64,000 nucleotides of DNA from contig CAZNOF010000008.1 of the NCBI GenBank assembly GCA_964574595.1, forward strand, positions 15 to 64,014. Direction: 5' to 3'. Numbering within the stretch: position 1 is the stretch's first letter; each line of letters starts with the position of its first letter. The position numbers and the translations under genes are program-made. The notes beneath the pieces are model-generated. The model had not been told where the DNA came from. It did not search any database and saw only the letters and a list, made by a program, of their open reading frames with translations. This stretch comes from an uncultured Pseudomonadales bacterium. Its GTDB lineage: Bacteria > Patescibacteriota > Microgenomatia > UBA1400 > PJMF01. Of this stretch, positions 1-10,315 are shown piece after piece.

Positions 1-481
1 TTTGATATTTCTGAACTACATCCTGTTTGGTGAATTCGCTAATTGCCACGATTCGTTTAGCATGTTTGACACTATATCTAGTCCACTCTCTGAGCTGGAG
101 TAAATCTTTTTTTCTGAACTGCTTATGAAAGTCAAAGTAAGCCAAGTCCATGACTGAGCTGACATATGGTATCGGGCTGAGTCTTGGGGCGTAGTGACCG
201 GGTGTGAAAAAGACATCATACTTTTGTCGATATAAGAACAAATACCAAGGTAATGCCCACTGAGTCCAAAATGGAACAGGTCCAAATACTCGATAACTCC
301 AGCCTTCTCGTTCGGCTGGGAAGTCAGGGAGAGCCGGAGTGGCCAACAGAATTTCCACCTGAATGTCTTTTTTATTTCTCAGGATTTGCTCCAACGCCAC
401 AATTAACTCATACGCGTAAGCGTTGCTGCCCACTCGTTGGGCGACGTTTGCTTCATTGCCATCTATTGCGATGCTAGTCAT
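1..481 (-). CDS. glycosyltransferase family 1 (GT4-type), N-terminal ~160 aa only; gene continues beyond window start
   Basis: Not in ORF track (no stop in window). Minus-strand frame from ATG at 481-479 reads MTSIAIDGNEANVAQRVGSNAYAYELIVALEQ...DVFFTPGHYAPRLSPIPYVSSVMDLAYFDFHKQF... with no stops down to position 1, a typical GT4 N-domain. Its ATG overlaps the TAG stop of the upstream gene (ATGACTAG). Confidence 0.75.
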   Translation of the reverse strand, partial: MTSIAIDGNEANVAQRVGSNAYAYELIVALEQILRNKKDIQVEILLATPALPDFPAEREGWSYRVFGPVPFWTQWALPWYLFLYRQKYDVFFTPGHYAPRLSPIPYVSSVMDLAYFDFHKQFRKKDLLQLREWTRYSVKHAKRIVAISEFTKQDVVQKYQ

Positions 482-1628
482 TGGTCACTTTTTCTGCAGC
501 TTTTCGATACACACGAATAGTCTCGTCCGCTGCTTTTCGCCAACTAAATAATTGTAATCTGATAATCATCCGTTGCATGCGTTTTTGTTGAGCTTCTCGA
601 TCTTCATTCAACACAGTTTCAATGCCTTTTCTGATACTGGCTACTGACATAGGGTCAACTAGTTCAGCCGCGTTGCCAGCTACTTCCGGCAAGGCAGAGA
701 CATTTGAAGTGACTACTGGCACACCATGGTAAAAGGCTTCCAAAATTGGCAAACCAAAGCCCTCGTACAAACTTGGAAAAACAAACAACTCTGCTTCACT
801 ATATAAAACAGCTAACTCTTTATCGCTGACTCGGCCAAGGAATCTTGGTTGTTTTCCAGATTTAGAGAGTTTACTTGTTTCATCCCAACCCTCTTCGCCA
901 GCAATCAATAACTCGACTTCACTATCTAAACCTTGCCATGCTTCAATTAATCGAAGTAAGTTCTTGCGAGGCTCACGCGTACCGACAAACAGTAAGTATG
1001 GCTTGTCCAACTTCATTTTCTGTTTCATCTTTTCGTAAATATCTTCTTCAATATGCTCAGCGACGTGCATGACTTCTTTAGGTAACGCTTCATATATGAC
1101 GTGAACTTTATCTGGTGAGAAACCAAGTAACTCAATGCAATCTTTTTTGGTGGTTTGACTGACAGCGATAATTTCTGCGTCTCGCTCTTTCAAGATTTTC
1201 CAGGCCTTAGTGTGTTGTTTGAGAACTTTTGGATTGACTGTTTCTGGAAATTTTAAGATTGCCAAATCATGAATCGTCGAAACTAACGACAAGTTTTTAT
1301 CTGGCGGCTGTAACCAGTCCCAAGAATGAAAGACGTTAACTCCAGGCATAAATGAAGTAATTTTATTGACACCTAATGTATTCCATAAGATGTCTATCAC
1401 TGAAGGCGGATATTTTTGAAAAAAAGTGGGAATATCGTTGCGAGCAAAAACCCGTTCTTGATTAATCTGTTTGGCAAAGTGGGTCAACTTATCGACCTGT
1501 CTCATACTGGATCCATAGAGCATTAAATCGACGTCTTTGCGCTGAGCAAGTTGAGAGACTAAGTTAGACGTATAACGAGATACGCCTCGGCCATAAATAA
1601 TGGAAGTGATGTCAATGCCAACCTTCAT
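474..1628 (-). CDS. glycosyltransferase family 1 (GT4-type)
   Basis: 384-aa ORF with C-terminal EGFGLPILEAF...GVPVVTSNVSALPEV motif typical of group-1 glycosyltransferases. Confidence 0.85.
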   Translation of the reverse strand: MKVGIDITSIIYGRGVSRYTSNLVSQLAQRKDVDLMLYGSSMRQVDKLTHFAKQINQERVFARNDIPTFFQKYPPSVIDILWNTLGVNKITSFMPGVNVFHSWDWLQPPDKNLSLVSTIHDLAILKFPETVNPKVLKQHTKAWKILKERDAEIIAVSQTTKKDCIELLGFSPDKVHVIYEALPKEVMHVAEHIEEDIYEKMKQKMKLDKPYLLFVGTREPRKNLLRLIEAWQGLDSEVELLIAGEEGWDETSKLSKSGKQPRFLGRVSDKELAVLYSEAELFVFPSLYEGFGLPILEAFYHGVPVVTSNVSALPEVAGNAAELVDPMSVASIRKGIETVLNEDREAQQKRMQRMIIRLQLFSWRKAADETIRVYRKAAEKVTND

Positions 1629-1634
1629 AATTCC

Positions 1635-3146
1635 CTATCTGAGTAATCCAATCACATCTGTGCTTTTAGCATACACCCTGACAAAGCCGAGTGGCGTGGC
1701 AGGCGTCAAATGATCTACTTCATGATACCCATATTGTTGTAATTGCGTTAGTACTTTATTTTGTGGGTCAGTTAAATCGCGCAAGTAATCGAACACTAAA
1801 ATGAAACGATACTTGGTGAGTTCTTTAGCATTTGGCAACTCTTCTTGACTGGATGTCGTTAACAAGCCGGTCGCATACGTAGGATACTTGCCATCGTCAT
1901 ACCACTGCCAGGGAGCAAATGGGGCAGGAAATGCAAAAGCAGCAGCTGAAAGTGGTCCAGGATACTTTTTCAAAATGGCAGCGTGCATCCCCTTCCAATC
2001 TTCTCTCTGGTACTTGGGATTTGAGAAGTAACTGATGGATGAGTAGAAATTGGTAATGAGTAAGGTGATAGCTAGGGTAATACCCACGAATCTCGTAGTG
2101 CGGGTATTTGAAAAGAAGCTTCTGCCGATTAACCAACTTAGGAGTAAGTAGAAGGCCGGCAGGCTGTATAAAACTCTCTTGGGTTGAAGTACCGGCACCA
2201 CAAAAGAAACCAGCCACGCCAATACGACTGGTACGACAAACCAAAATAGAATCAGAAAGACGGGCTTCATCTCAGCTGATTTTAGGCTTTTGAAATATGG
2301 CAACATCAGAAAAAGTGATGCTCCAACAATAATCAGTGTTACCAGTCCAAAGAAAAGTGACGTCTGTAGATCTAAAACACCAAAGCTAAACTTGCCAAAA
2401 ATGAGCAAAATAGACTTCAATTGATTAAAGCTGACCACATCCTGCCAACCTGGTAAATCTTGGCGAAGCGACTGACCGGCTTGTAGCTGCCCGAAGAAGG
2501 AAGGTATCCAAGGAAGAAATGTGAGTGAAGATGCTGTTACGGCTCCCAAAACTTCTTTCCGCCATTTTGGTTGAAAGCACAGAACGTAGCCAATTTGCGA
2601 TAAAAGTAAAAACGGATAGAGATAGGATGTGTAGAGTCCGGCTGCGGTGCTGATAAAAAACAGAATCAGTAATTTGATGTTCGTTTTTTTCTGATCAAAC
2701 AATAGAACAAGCGAATACCAACTCAGCGCTCCCAAGAAAGCTGGCATGGAGTATGGCCGTAGCTCTTGGGAATAAAAGACATGAAATGAGGAAGTACTGA
2801 GTAGAATCGCTGCCAGTACCCCGGTCTTTTTATCAAATAACTTTTCACCAATTTTATATGCCAGCCAGATTGTTAGTAATCCCGGTAAAACTGCTGCCCA
2901 GAGTCTGAGCCAAATTTCGCTTCTGGAAATCATCAACTCAAAGTGGACAAGAAGATGAAGTAAGGGTGGCTGAAAGTCATCTCTGATTTGAAGTTGCTGA
3001 GATAATGGTCGGGCGCTTTCTAAGGCTTGCGCTGCTTCATCTAGCCAAAAGGAACCTGTCAAAAGTGGAAGTCGCCAAAACGCGGCAAAAAGTATGACGA
3101 GTGAAATGAGCCAATTGCGTGAGACTAGTTGAGACAACTTCTTCAT
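1635..3146 (-). CDS. polytopic membrane glycosyltransferase, PMT_2/ArnT-like (GT39/GT83 superfamily, GT-C fold)
   Basis: 503 aa with >10 predicted TM helices. N-terminal periplasmic-loop motif FWLDEAAQALES (DE motif) is shared with six other paralogs in this window. Confidence 0.6.
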   Translation of the reverse strand: MKKLSQLVSRNWLISLVILFAAFWRLPLLTGSFWLDEAAQALESARPLSQQLQIRDDFQPPLLHLLVHFELMISRSEIWLRLWAAVLPGLLTIWLAYKIGEKLFDKKTGVLAAILLSTSSFHVFYSQELRPYSMPAFLGALSWYSLVLLFDQKKTNIKLLILFFISTAAGLYTSYLYPFLLLSQIGYVLCFQPKWRKEVLGAVTASSLTFLPWIPSFFGQLQAGQSLRQDLPGWQDVVSFNQLKSILLIFGKFSFGVLDLQTSLFFGLVTLIIVGASLFLMLPYFKSLKSAEMKPVFLILFWFVVPVVLAWLVSFVVPVLQPKRVLYSLPAFYLLLSWLIGRSFFSNTRTTRFVGITLAITLLITNFYSSISYFSNPKYQREDWKGMHAAILKKYPGPLSAAAFAFPAPFAPWQWYDDGKYPTYATGLLTTSSQEELPNAKELTKYRFILVFDYLRDLTDPQNKVLTQLQQYGYHEVDHLTPATPLGFVRVYAKSTDVIGLLR

Positions 3147-3186
3147 AGCGATCTATTATGGCATGATGCTACAATAATGAACACGT

Positions 3187-4206
3187 ATGAATACACTTCC
3201 TCAATTTGTTGCTGATTTTTTTCAAGGTAAAACCGTTTTAGTCACTGGTGGCGCTGGATTCATTGGCTCTCACTTGTGCGAAGCACTGGTCTCAGTCAAT
3301 GCCAACGTGATTGCCGTCGATAACTTTTTGACCGGACACATTGAAAATATTGATCATTTAAGAAGTCAATCGATTAAAAACTTTCGATTTATTCAAGGTG
3401 ATGTCTCACAGGAGCCCGAGAAATATTTGAAAATCTCCACAGTGCCTGATGTGGTTCTCCACTTTGCCTCCCCAGCTAGTCCTCCACGCTATCAGCAGTT
3501 CCCGATTGAGACATACTCAGTCAATAGTTTTGGCACGCATCATTTACTGCGTTACTTAATGGCCAGAAATCCTAAAGCTATTTTTCTCTATGCTAGTACT
3601 TCAGAAGTGTACGGTGATCCACAGGTCCATCCACAAGTAGAAACGTATTGGGGAAATGTGAATCCAAATGGCATTCGTTCTTGTTATGACGAAGCGAAGC
3701 GATTAGGTGAAACGATTTGTGGCGTGCATGCCAGAAACTTTCATTTCGATGCTCGAATTGTCCGCATTTTCAATACTTACGGTCCCCGAATGGATTTACA
3801 TGATGGTCGGGTAATTCCTAATTACATTGATGCAGCAATTCATCGCCAACCGCTAGCCATTTTTGGCGATGGCAAACAGACTCGATCTTATTGCTATGTC
3901 ACGGATTTGGTTGAAGGTATTTTGAGATATGCCGCGACACCAAACTTAGGTGGTCAAACAATTAACATGGGAAATCCTGGCGAGTTTACGATTGAAGAAA
4001 CTGTCCATGTCATGCAAGAAGTGATTGGTTCACTTGCACCACAGCTCAGTCCATTAACGACCGTCTCCCAACCACTCCCTAAAGACGATCCTGTTCGCCG
4101 AAAACCAGATATCACCAAAGCCAACCAACTTTTGGGCTGGCACCCGGGCATCTCATTTAAAGAAGGTTTAGCTGAAACAGTTCGTTATTACCTAGCTAGG
4201 CGCTAA
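3187..4206 (+). CDS. UDP-glucuronate decarboxylase family (UXS / ArnA C-domain-like extended SDR)
   Basis: VLVTGGAGFIGSHL Rossmann motif, YDEAKR (YxxxK) and RIFNTYGPRM signature shared by UDP-xylose synthase and the ArnA decarboxylase domain. Confidence 0.75.
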   Translation: MNTLPQFVADFFQGKTVLVTGGAGFIGSHLCEALVSVNANVIAVDNFLTGHIENIDHLRSQSIKNFRFIQGDVSQEPEKYLKISTVPDVVLHFASPASPPRYQQFPIETYSVNSFGTHHLLRYLMARNPKAIFLYASTSEVYGDPQVHPQVETYWGNVNPNGIRSCYDEAKRLGETICGVHARNFHFDARIVRIFNTYGPRMDLHDGRVIPNYIDAAIHRQPLAIFGDGKQTRSYCYVTDLVEGILRYAATPNLGGQTINMGNPGEFTIEETVHVMQEVIGSLAPQLSPLTTVSQPLPKDDPVRRKPDITKANQLLGWHPGISFKEGLAETVRYYLARR

Positions 4207-5509
4207 CTTTAGCTAGCTCATCTCGATTCCTTTTTCTCAATGCATATATCGCGAATCCGATACTAAAGAGCAGTAAGAAAAGTCGAGTTAACACTTTCAC
4301 CCAAACTGCTCCGGCTAATCCAAACAGAGGAATAAAGACAACGCCTCCAATCACCGTAATTAAAATCTGCCCAAGCCCGCTTAGTGAGAAGTATCTGGGG
4401 TGGTCCAAACTGTAAAACAAGGCGCTGAATGGTACGCTGGCGATCAGCAAGAAGCCTGACAACATCAGCCATGGCAAAAAGGGTTCTCCGGCAAAGTATT
4501 GACTTCCCACCGTAATTTGAAGGGATAAATGCGTCAGTGGATAGTAGACGATAAAGCCGAATACAGCGCCTAAAACAATCACCATACTTTTCTTCAGAAA
4601 CGAGTGAAGCTCCGTCAGCTTGTGGTATCGTGCCACTCTGGCATCTAGAACAGCGCTCAGTGAATATGCCACTAGAGTGACTGCTGTAGTCAGTTGTGCT
4701 AAGCCTCCGTAAATACCAGTTTCAAAAGGTGTAGTGTACTTTTGGACAAAGAGAATATCTAAATAATCAATAATCCCGACCGTCCCTACAAGAATAACCG
4801 AGTGCTTCATAATTCGCCATAGCTTCCCTTCTACTTCTGGATCATGGGTCAGTTTTAATACAGTCACTTGTTTTGGCAAGGCAGCAAAGAAAACTGGAAA
4901 TGACAGCAGTGGGACCGCATAAAAACAGTAGAAAAGGAAGGTTACTGAATCGATTCCCAAAAACTGAACGCTTAACGCGACTCCCAATTTCAACGCCGCT
5001 TGCGCTACGAGCATCAAGACACTGGCCGAAAAGATGTGAATCATCTGTAAAATGGTGGTGCCATATTCAAAAAGCATGATGACGCTGGCAAACAGAAAGC
5101 TGCCAAACAAAATAATTGGATGTGGAAAGTGAAGCAGATTTGCTAGCGGAATTGCCACGATAGCTCCGAGTAACGTTGAACTCATCATAATGAACATGTT
5201 CATTCGTGACGAAACGTGGATTAAGTGTGAGACCTTTTTCTCCCAGTTTGATTCATGAAAGTACGGGCCGGCTATTTTTTGGAGAGCCACATTCAGGCCA
5301 AGGCTCTGAATTTTGGTGATAATCACCATCAGTGAATATCCCACCGTAAACTCGGCAAACAAAACAGGACCAAGATGCCGAGAAATCATGATTAAGGCTA
5401 CGGCTGTAAAAACTCCCGCGAAGAGGCTGCCACCAACCAAGATCAAAGATTGCCGAAGCCCAGATGAAGAAAGTGCTAGTCGAATGAGTTTTTTCACTCG
5501 CTCCATCAT
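4196..5509 (-). CDS. Wzx-like oligosaccharide flippase (MOP superfamily polysaccharide biosynthesis protein)
   Basis: 437 aa, about 12-14 hydrophobic helices, no soluble domain. Overlaps the DegT gene by 4 bp (operon). Confidence 0.55.
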   Translation of the reverse strand: MMERVKKLIRLALSSSGLRQSLILVGGSLFAGVFTAVALIMISRHLGPVLFAEFTVGYSLMVIITKIQSLGLNVALQKIAGPYFHESNWEKKVSHLIHVSSRMNMFIMMSSTLLGAIVAIPLANLLHFPHPIILFGSFLFASVIMLFEYGTTILQMIHIFSASVLMLVAQAALKLGVALSVQFLGIDSVTFLFYCFYAVPLLSFPVFFAALPKQVTVLKLTHDPEVEGKLWRIMKHSVILVGTVGIIDYLDILFVQKYTTPFETGIYGGLAQLTTAVTLVAYSLSAVLDARVARYHKLTELHSFLKKSMVIVLGAVFGFIVYYPLTHLSLQITVGSQYFAGEPFLPWLMLSGFLLIASVPFSALFYSLDHPRYFSLSGLGQILITVIGGVVFIPLFGLAGAVWVKVLTRLFLLLFSIGFAIYALRKRNRDELAKVSA

Positions 5510-6621
5510 ATATGAGGAAAGAGGGTTTTGAGAATCTGAATTACTTTTGCTTGGTGAGCTTCCGACATGCCAGCATAAAGAGGCAAGCTGAGTTCTTGTC
5601 GGTGAATTTTTTCAGTAATTGGTAATTTGCCTTGTAAATGAGCCCATTCCGAGTAGGCCTCTTGGAAGTGCATTGGAACTGGATAGTGAATCATCGTTTC
5701 AATTCCCTGCTCCGCCAAACTCTTTTGCAACTCGTCCCTGTTTTCAACTAATATCGGGAAAATATGCCAAACGTGCTCGGTTTCTTCTTCAATCTGAGGC
5801 AGCTGCAAACCGTCTAAGTTGGCCAGCTCTGTAAGATACATATTGGCGAGTCGCCTACGCTCTGTATTCCATTGGTTTAAGTGAGGGAGTTTGGCACTGA
5901 GGACGGCGGCATGAATTTCGTCCAAACGAGAGTTCATTCCTTTGTATCTAAAAATGTACTTTTTCTGTTGACCATAGTTTGCCAGTTGGCGAACTTTATC
6001 TGCTAGTTCTTTACTGTTTGTAGTGACTGCGCCGGCATCGCCAAAAGCACCTAGATTTTTACCTGGGTAAAAACTATTAGCTGCAATGTCCCCAATTCCA
6101 CCAGTCACTCGTCCATCAACTCTGGCACCATGCGCCTGGGCATTATCTTCAACTACTTTAAGGTGGTACTTCTTGGCCAGCTTGAGAATTGGTTTCATAT
6201 GGGCTGGCTGCCCGTAAAGATGAACGACTAAAATGGCTTTGGTTTTAGAGGTGATCTGCTCCTCTATTCTCTCTGGGTCAATGTTGTAGGTGCCTGGCTT
6301 CGGTTCGACCAGAATTGGCACACCCCCCACAGATGAGACGGCAATCGCCGTAGCGATGTACGTATTTGCTGGAATGATGACTTCATCACCGGGTTCAATG
6401 CCAATTGCCAAGAGCGCGAGTTTGATTGCGTCTAAGCCATTCGCAACTCCCACACAGTACTTCACTCCAATATAGTCGGCATATGCCTTCTCAAATTGAG
6501 CCACTTCTTTTCCTAGTAAATACCAGCCACTGCTCAGTGTTCGCTGAATAGCCGCATCAATTTCTACTTGCAGATCTAGGTACTTCAGTTTTAAATCGAG
6601 ATACGGATAAAAGGTAGTCAT
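5506..6621 (-). CDS. DegT/DnrJ/EryC1/StrS-family PLP-dependent sugar aminotransferase (4-keto sugar transaminase)
   Basis: [31 protein letters not shown] and [15 protein letters not shown] (PLP-lysine context) are typical of ArnB/WecE/Per-type transaminases. Confidence 0.85.
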   Translation of the reverse strand: MTTFYPYLDLKLKYLDLQVEIDAAIQRTLSSGWYLLGKEVAQFEKAYADYIGVKYCVGVANGLDAIKLALLAIGIEPGDEVIIPANTYIATAIAVSSVGGVPILVEPKPGTYNIDPERIEEQITSKTKAILVVHLYGQPAHMKPILKLAKKYHLKVVEDNAQAHGARVDGRVTGGIGDIAANSFYPGKNLGAFGDAGAVTTNSKELADKVRQLANYGQQKKYIFRYKGMNSRLDEIHAAVLSAKLPHLNQWNTERRRLANMYLTELANLDGLQLPQIEEETEHVWHIFPILVENRDELQKSLAEQGIETMIHYPVPMHFQEAYSEWAHLQGKLPITEKIHRQELSLPLYAGMSEAHQAKVIQILKTLFPHI

Positions 6622-6679
6622 AGTTGTCTAAATTTATAGTAAGCTATACTTATCTGAATACAAGTTCTGGATTTTTAGC

Positions 6680-8116
6680 ATGAAATTTTCTCTTTTTGCA
6701 TTTGTGTTTCTGCTGTTACTTTTTTTCTTCACCCGGCTGTATGCAATTACAGATTCATTTTTGTACTTAAATGACATGGGTCGGGACTCGCTTGTTTTGC
6801 TGGATTGGCAAGAAGCAAAAAAACCACCCCTGCTAGGTCCGCAAACCAGCGCTCTGCCTTTTAACCAGAGTGCGGTGTACTTCTACCTGCTGTATCCAAT
6901 GTTTTTACTCACCCAGGGTTCACCTTTTGCGGCGGTGTACACTTTGGATATCTACTATGTTGTGATATTTTCGCTGACTTTCCTGATGGTGTATCGAACC
7001 AAACAGAAGGACGCGATGATCATCTTCCTGTGCAGCTTATTGCTGATGATTTTTCATCCGCAGTTTATTATTCAAAATCGCTTTGTTTGGAATCCTAGTT
7101 TTGTGGGACCGTTAATTCTTTTTTCATACTTCGCCTTTTATTTTTTGACGCAACACTTTACACGTCGCAAAATTGTGGCACTGGGTGGTGCTCTTGCTCT
7201 CGCTACTTCCCTAAGTTATTCAGTGATTCCAATTGTAATTGGGTTTGGCGTAGCATCAATTTATTTTTTCAGAAAGAAATGTCTTTGGATTGGAGTAAGC
7301 TTAGCTGCCTGGTTAGCCTTTTTTAATCTGCCAACGTTACTTTTTGAGTTACGACACCATTTTCTACTCACTCAAATGATGCTCAATCAACCAAAAGTTA
7401 AACAGGTAAATATCGATTTGCCCAGCAAAATGAAAAATATTTTTGATTTCATGTTTACGGCCATGACGCCTGATTGGGAAAGAGTACTAGCTGCATTTTT
7501 TGCGTTCTTTGTACTAGTGAGTGCTTTTATATACTGGAAGATGAGAAATCAAAAACAGAGTAAAAATGCTGGCTCGAGATCTTTTCTGGCGGCGTTTGTA
7601 ATTTTGGCGGTGGGTGTGGCCATGACCATGGTGTTGCCAATTCCAATCTTAGCTCATTACATTTTTGGTGTGGTAGTCTTGGGTTGTATTTTGATTGCCA
7701 CCTTCCCCGTACCATTAAGAAATGGAATTATGGTCATCTTTATTGGCATGTGGGCATTTAGTTTCCTAAATCAACAATACACCAAGCCTGCAGTAAGAAC
7801 TGTTTCACAAATGGAATCTTGTTACCGAAATTTCTGTTTGTACGAAAAGGAGCCACTCTTCGTCTCTATGCAAAGTGGCCTCTTACCATTTCATAATGGG
7901 CCAGAGCATCGTTACCTCCTGAAAAAAGCTGGTTGTACGGTTAAAGACATTGAGACAGAAGCTGGCCAGGCAGACACGATGGCCATCGTAGTTGAAAGTT
8001 CTGAGTTTCAGTTTGGGCAGACCGACTACAATGAGCTGTCAGCATTTGGTCCGAAAAAACTCGGCAAAACATATACCTGCCAAGATAATCTTCAGGTTGT
8101 AACAGTCACACATTAA
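6680..8116 (+). CDS. polytopic membrane protein, paralog family A (putative GT-C glycosyltransferase)
   Basis: 478 aa, many TM helices. N-terminus FTRLYAITDSFLYLNDMGRDSL...GPQTS...SPFAAVY aligns with family-A members at 12133-13680 and 44004-45539. Confidence 0.5.
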   Translation: MKFSLFAFVFLLLLFFFTRLYAITDSFLYLNDMGRDSLVLLDWQEAKKPPLLGPQTSALPFNQSAVYFYLLYPMFLLTQGSPFAAVYTLDIYYVVIFSLTFLMVYRTKQKDAMIIFLCSLLLMIFHPQFIIQNRFVWNPSFVGPLILFSYFAFYFLTQHFTRRKIVALGGALALATSLSYSVIPIVIGFGVASIYFFRKKCLWIGVSLAAWLAFFNLPTLLFELRHHFLLTQMMLNQPKVKQVNIDLPSKMKNIFDFMFTAMTPDWERVLAAFFAFFVLVSAFIYWKMRNQKQSKNAGSRSFLAAFVILAVGVAMTMVLPIPILAHYIFGVVVLGCILIATFPVPLRNGIMVIFIGMWAFSFLNQQYTKPAVRTVSQMESCYRNFCLYEKEPLFVSMQSGLLPFHNGPEHRYLLKKAGCTVKDIETEAGQADTMAIVVESSEFQFGQTDYNELSAFGPKKLGKTYTCQDNLQVVTVTH

Positions 8117-8122
8117 TTGAAA

Positions 8123-9061
8123 CTATTTTGACTCTTCAAAATAGTGAAGTAAGTAGTCAACGCTTTCCGCCAGACCTTTTTCAAATGGTATCTGGGCACT
8201 CCAACCGAGAATTTTGTGCGCTTTGGTGGCATCTGCTACTAGAACGAGCGGGTCACCTGGTCGATTTGGGAAATGTTTGACATTTGCTTTCTTGCCCATG
8301 ATCTTCTCAAGAGCAGAAATGACCTCAGCCACACTGGTTGGTGACTCCGCAGAAAGATTAAAGTAATGGTACTTGTTTGGTTGCTGATGCGCTAAATCAA
8401 TGGCATTTAAATGAGCGGCAACTACGTCCATGATATGAATGTAGTCTCGTTTGTGCTCACCTTGACCCCATACCGTTACTTCTTGATTCAGATGGATTTG
8501 TTTCACAAATCGAGGAATAACGTGTGTCTCTGGTTCATGAGCCTCTCCCGGTCCGTAAAGGTTGAAGTATCTGAGCGCGATGCCTGTTAATCCATAACTT
8601 GCTACATATGACGAAATCAGGGCTTCCATGGCCAATTTAGTCATGCCATATGGGTTGATGGGCATTGTCCGATCATCCTCTTGAATCGGTGTTGTCAATG
8701 GTTCTCCATACACAGCCGCGCTTGAGGAGAAAATGATCGTTTTAACACTATTCAGTCGCATGGCTTCCAGAACAGCAATACTACCTGATACGTTTGTGTC
8801 CACAAATCGCTGTGGGAATTTTACTGACTCACCAGCTTCAATCAGCGCGGCAAGATGAAACACGACCTCAGCATCTTTAATATGTTCTTTCATCGCTTCA
8901 ACATCTTTTATATCTGCTAGGACTGTTTCCACTTCGGGATTGTCTCGAAGGTCGATGTTTTTTACTTGAAAGCCTTTTTCTAGGAGTGTTCGGCAAAGAT
9001 GCTTTCCTAAAAATCCAGATCCCCCTGTAACAATTATTCTTGGTTTATCAGAGTAGTTCAT
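8123..9061 (-). CDS. NAD-dependent epimerase/dehydratase (GalE-like UDP-sugar 4-epimerase)
   Basis: IIVTGGSGFLGKHL Rossmann motif, YGMTK (YxxxK) catalytic motif, 312 aa. Confidence 0.7.
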   Translation of the reverse strand: MNYSDKPRIIVTGGSGFLGKHLCRTLLEKGFQVKNIDLRDNPEVETVLADIKDVEAMKEHIKDAEVVFHLAALIEAGESVKFPQRFVDTNVSGSIAVLEAMRLNSVKTIIFSSSAAVYGEPLTTPIQEDDRTMPINPYGMTKLAMEALISSYVASYGLTGIALRYFNLYGPGEAHEPETHVIPRFVKQIHLNQEVTVWGQGEHKRDYIHIMDVVAAHLNAIDLAHQQPNKYHYFNLSAESPTSVAEVISALEKIMGKKANVKHFPNRPGDPLVLVADATKAHKILGWSAQIPFEKGLAESVDYLLHYFEESK

Positions 9062-9073
9062 GTGTTCCTCTCG

Positions 9074-10312
9074 TTATGCAATCCAGAAGCCTTGTATAAA
9101 CAAGGCCGTATTAATGATGAGTAGTACTATCGAGACCGCAAACCATACTATAGCAACTTTATGATGTTTGTGTAGTAACTGCGCAATGAGCATATAGATG
9201 GGAAAACAGACTAATACATATCTTGGCATACTAGAAAAAGAACCCGTGAGTGTAGGAATAATAAAGGCTCCGAGTGAGAAAAAAAGATGAGACAGTCGGA
9301 CTTTTCTTGAGGAAAGGAAAATCGCAATTAACCCAATAGTTCCTGCCAGAAACTCCTGGACATAAGACCAGTAACGGAAATTAAATGGCCTGGCAGTTAA
9401 AAGTATTTTGACTGACCGATACAAAACCTGAGGATACATAGTCCAGACTTCGGTATTTCGGCCGCTGCCAAATGAGGCCTGCACATGAGCAAAATATAAG
9501 GGATCTTTGAATGTTACATCCAGGAATATCATATAGAACAAAGTTCCTAAAACACCGCAGCATAGCCAGATAATCTTCCACCAGTTGTGTTGACTGAACA
9601 AAATAATCTCTTGGTAGGTACATTCGACAGTTTTCTGATAGTCCCTGGACTTTTGCCAGGTTTTTTTGCAGATAGCAAGATTAAACTCCTTCCTGAACAG
9701 CTCGATGAGCAAAGCTGGCACAATAAAAACACCGACAATTCTAGTCGAGGAGGCTAATAAACCAAGGAGTCCAGCAGCTCGCCAATTATTCTGTTCGGCA
9801 AAATAAAAGGCGCCCACAATCAGCAGGAGAAATAAACTCTCTGTATAAAGAGCGCCTAAAAAGAATGAAGTTGGAAAAACCAACATTACAAATAAACTCA
9901 TCCAAGCTATCTCGGCATTCTTAAATTTTTTGACAAATGCAAACCAGATTATTAGTAAGCCTAATGTGGCGAGGTTGCTGACCAGCAGCCCCCAAAAGAG
10001 TCCATTAAAATGCCCGCCGAGCAACAGCTTTATGCCATGGAGAATCACAAACGGGAAAAGTGGGAAAAACGCCTGAATCGAACCGGTTCCAATGTATCCC
10101 TTATCTGCAATGGTCAGGTAGTGCACGCCATCAAAATTAGCCCAGCTATAAATCCATTGTGGTAAGTGATAGATCGGAAGTAGTTCATCAAAGTAAGGAA
10201 AACTTGGCTTATATGGGAGAAACAAGGGGGCTATTATGCCAATTAAGAAAAGAATTGCTCTCCAACCACAGAAGAGAAAAACAATTTTTTTCATCTCTTG
10301 AGAAGTAGGCAT
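9074..10312 (-). CDS. polytopic membrane protein, GT-C type; tentatively PIG-V/Gpi18-like mannosyltransferase
   Basis: 412 aa, multiple TM helices. WANFDGVHYLTIADKGY...AFFPLFP resembles the first-loop motif of PIG-V-type mannosyltransferases; family assignment from memory only. Confidence 0.4.
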   Translation of the reverse strand: MPTSQEMKKIVFLFCGWRAILFLIGIIAPLFLPYKPSFPYFDELLPIYHLPQWIYSWANFDGVHYLTIADKGYIGTGSIQAFFPLFPFVILHGIKLLLGGHFNGLFWGLLVSNLATLGLLIIWFAFVKKFKNAEIAWMSLFVMLVFPTSFFLGALYTESLFLLLIVGAFYFAEQNNWRAAGLLGLLASSTRIVGVFIVPALLIELFRKEFNLAICKKTWQKSRDYQKTVECTYQEIILFSQHNWWKIIWLCCGVLGTLFYMIFLDVTFKDPLYFAHVQASFGSGRNTEVWTMYPQVLYRSVKILLTARPFNFRYWSYVQEFLAGTIGLIAIFLSSRKVRLSHLFFSLGAFIIPTLTGSFSSMPRYVLVCFPIYMLIAQLLHKHHKVAIVWFAVSIVLLIINTALFIQGFWIA

Positions 10313-10315
10313 ATA

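Noticed and set aside
16-477. ORF-track calls 16-285 (-) and 253-477 (+) at the window start
   Set aside because: A different minus-strand frame is open from ATG 481 all the way to position 1 and encodes a textbook GT4 N-terminal domain. The listed ORFs are shadow frames of that gene.
10255-10312. Poly-A/T tracts near gene starts (for example around 10261-10290) as phase-variation switches
   Set aside because: The runs are 7 nt or shorter and the genome is AT-rich, so such runs are expected by chance. There is no evidence of contingency-locus behaviour.
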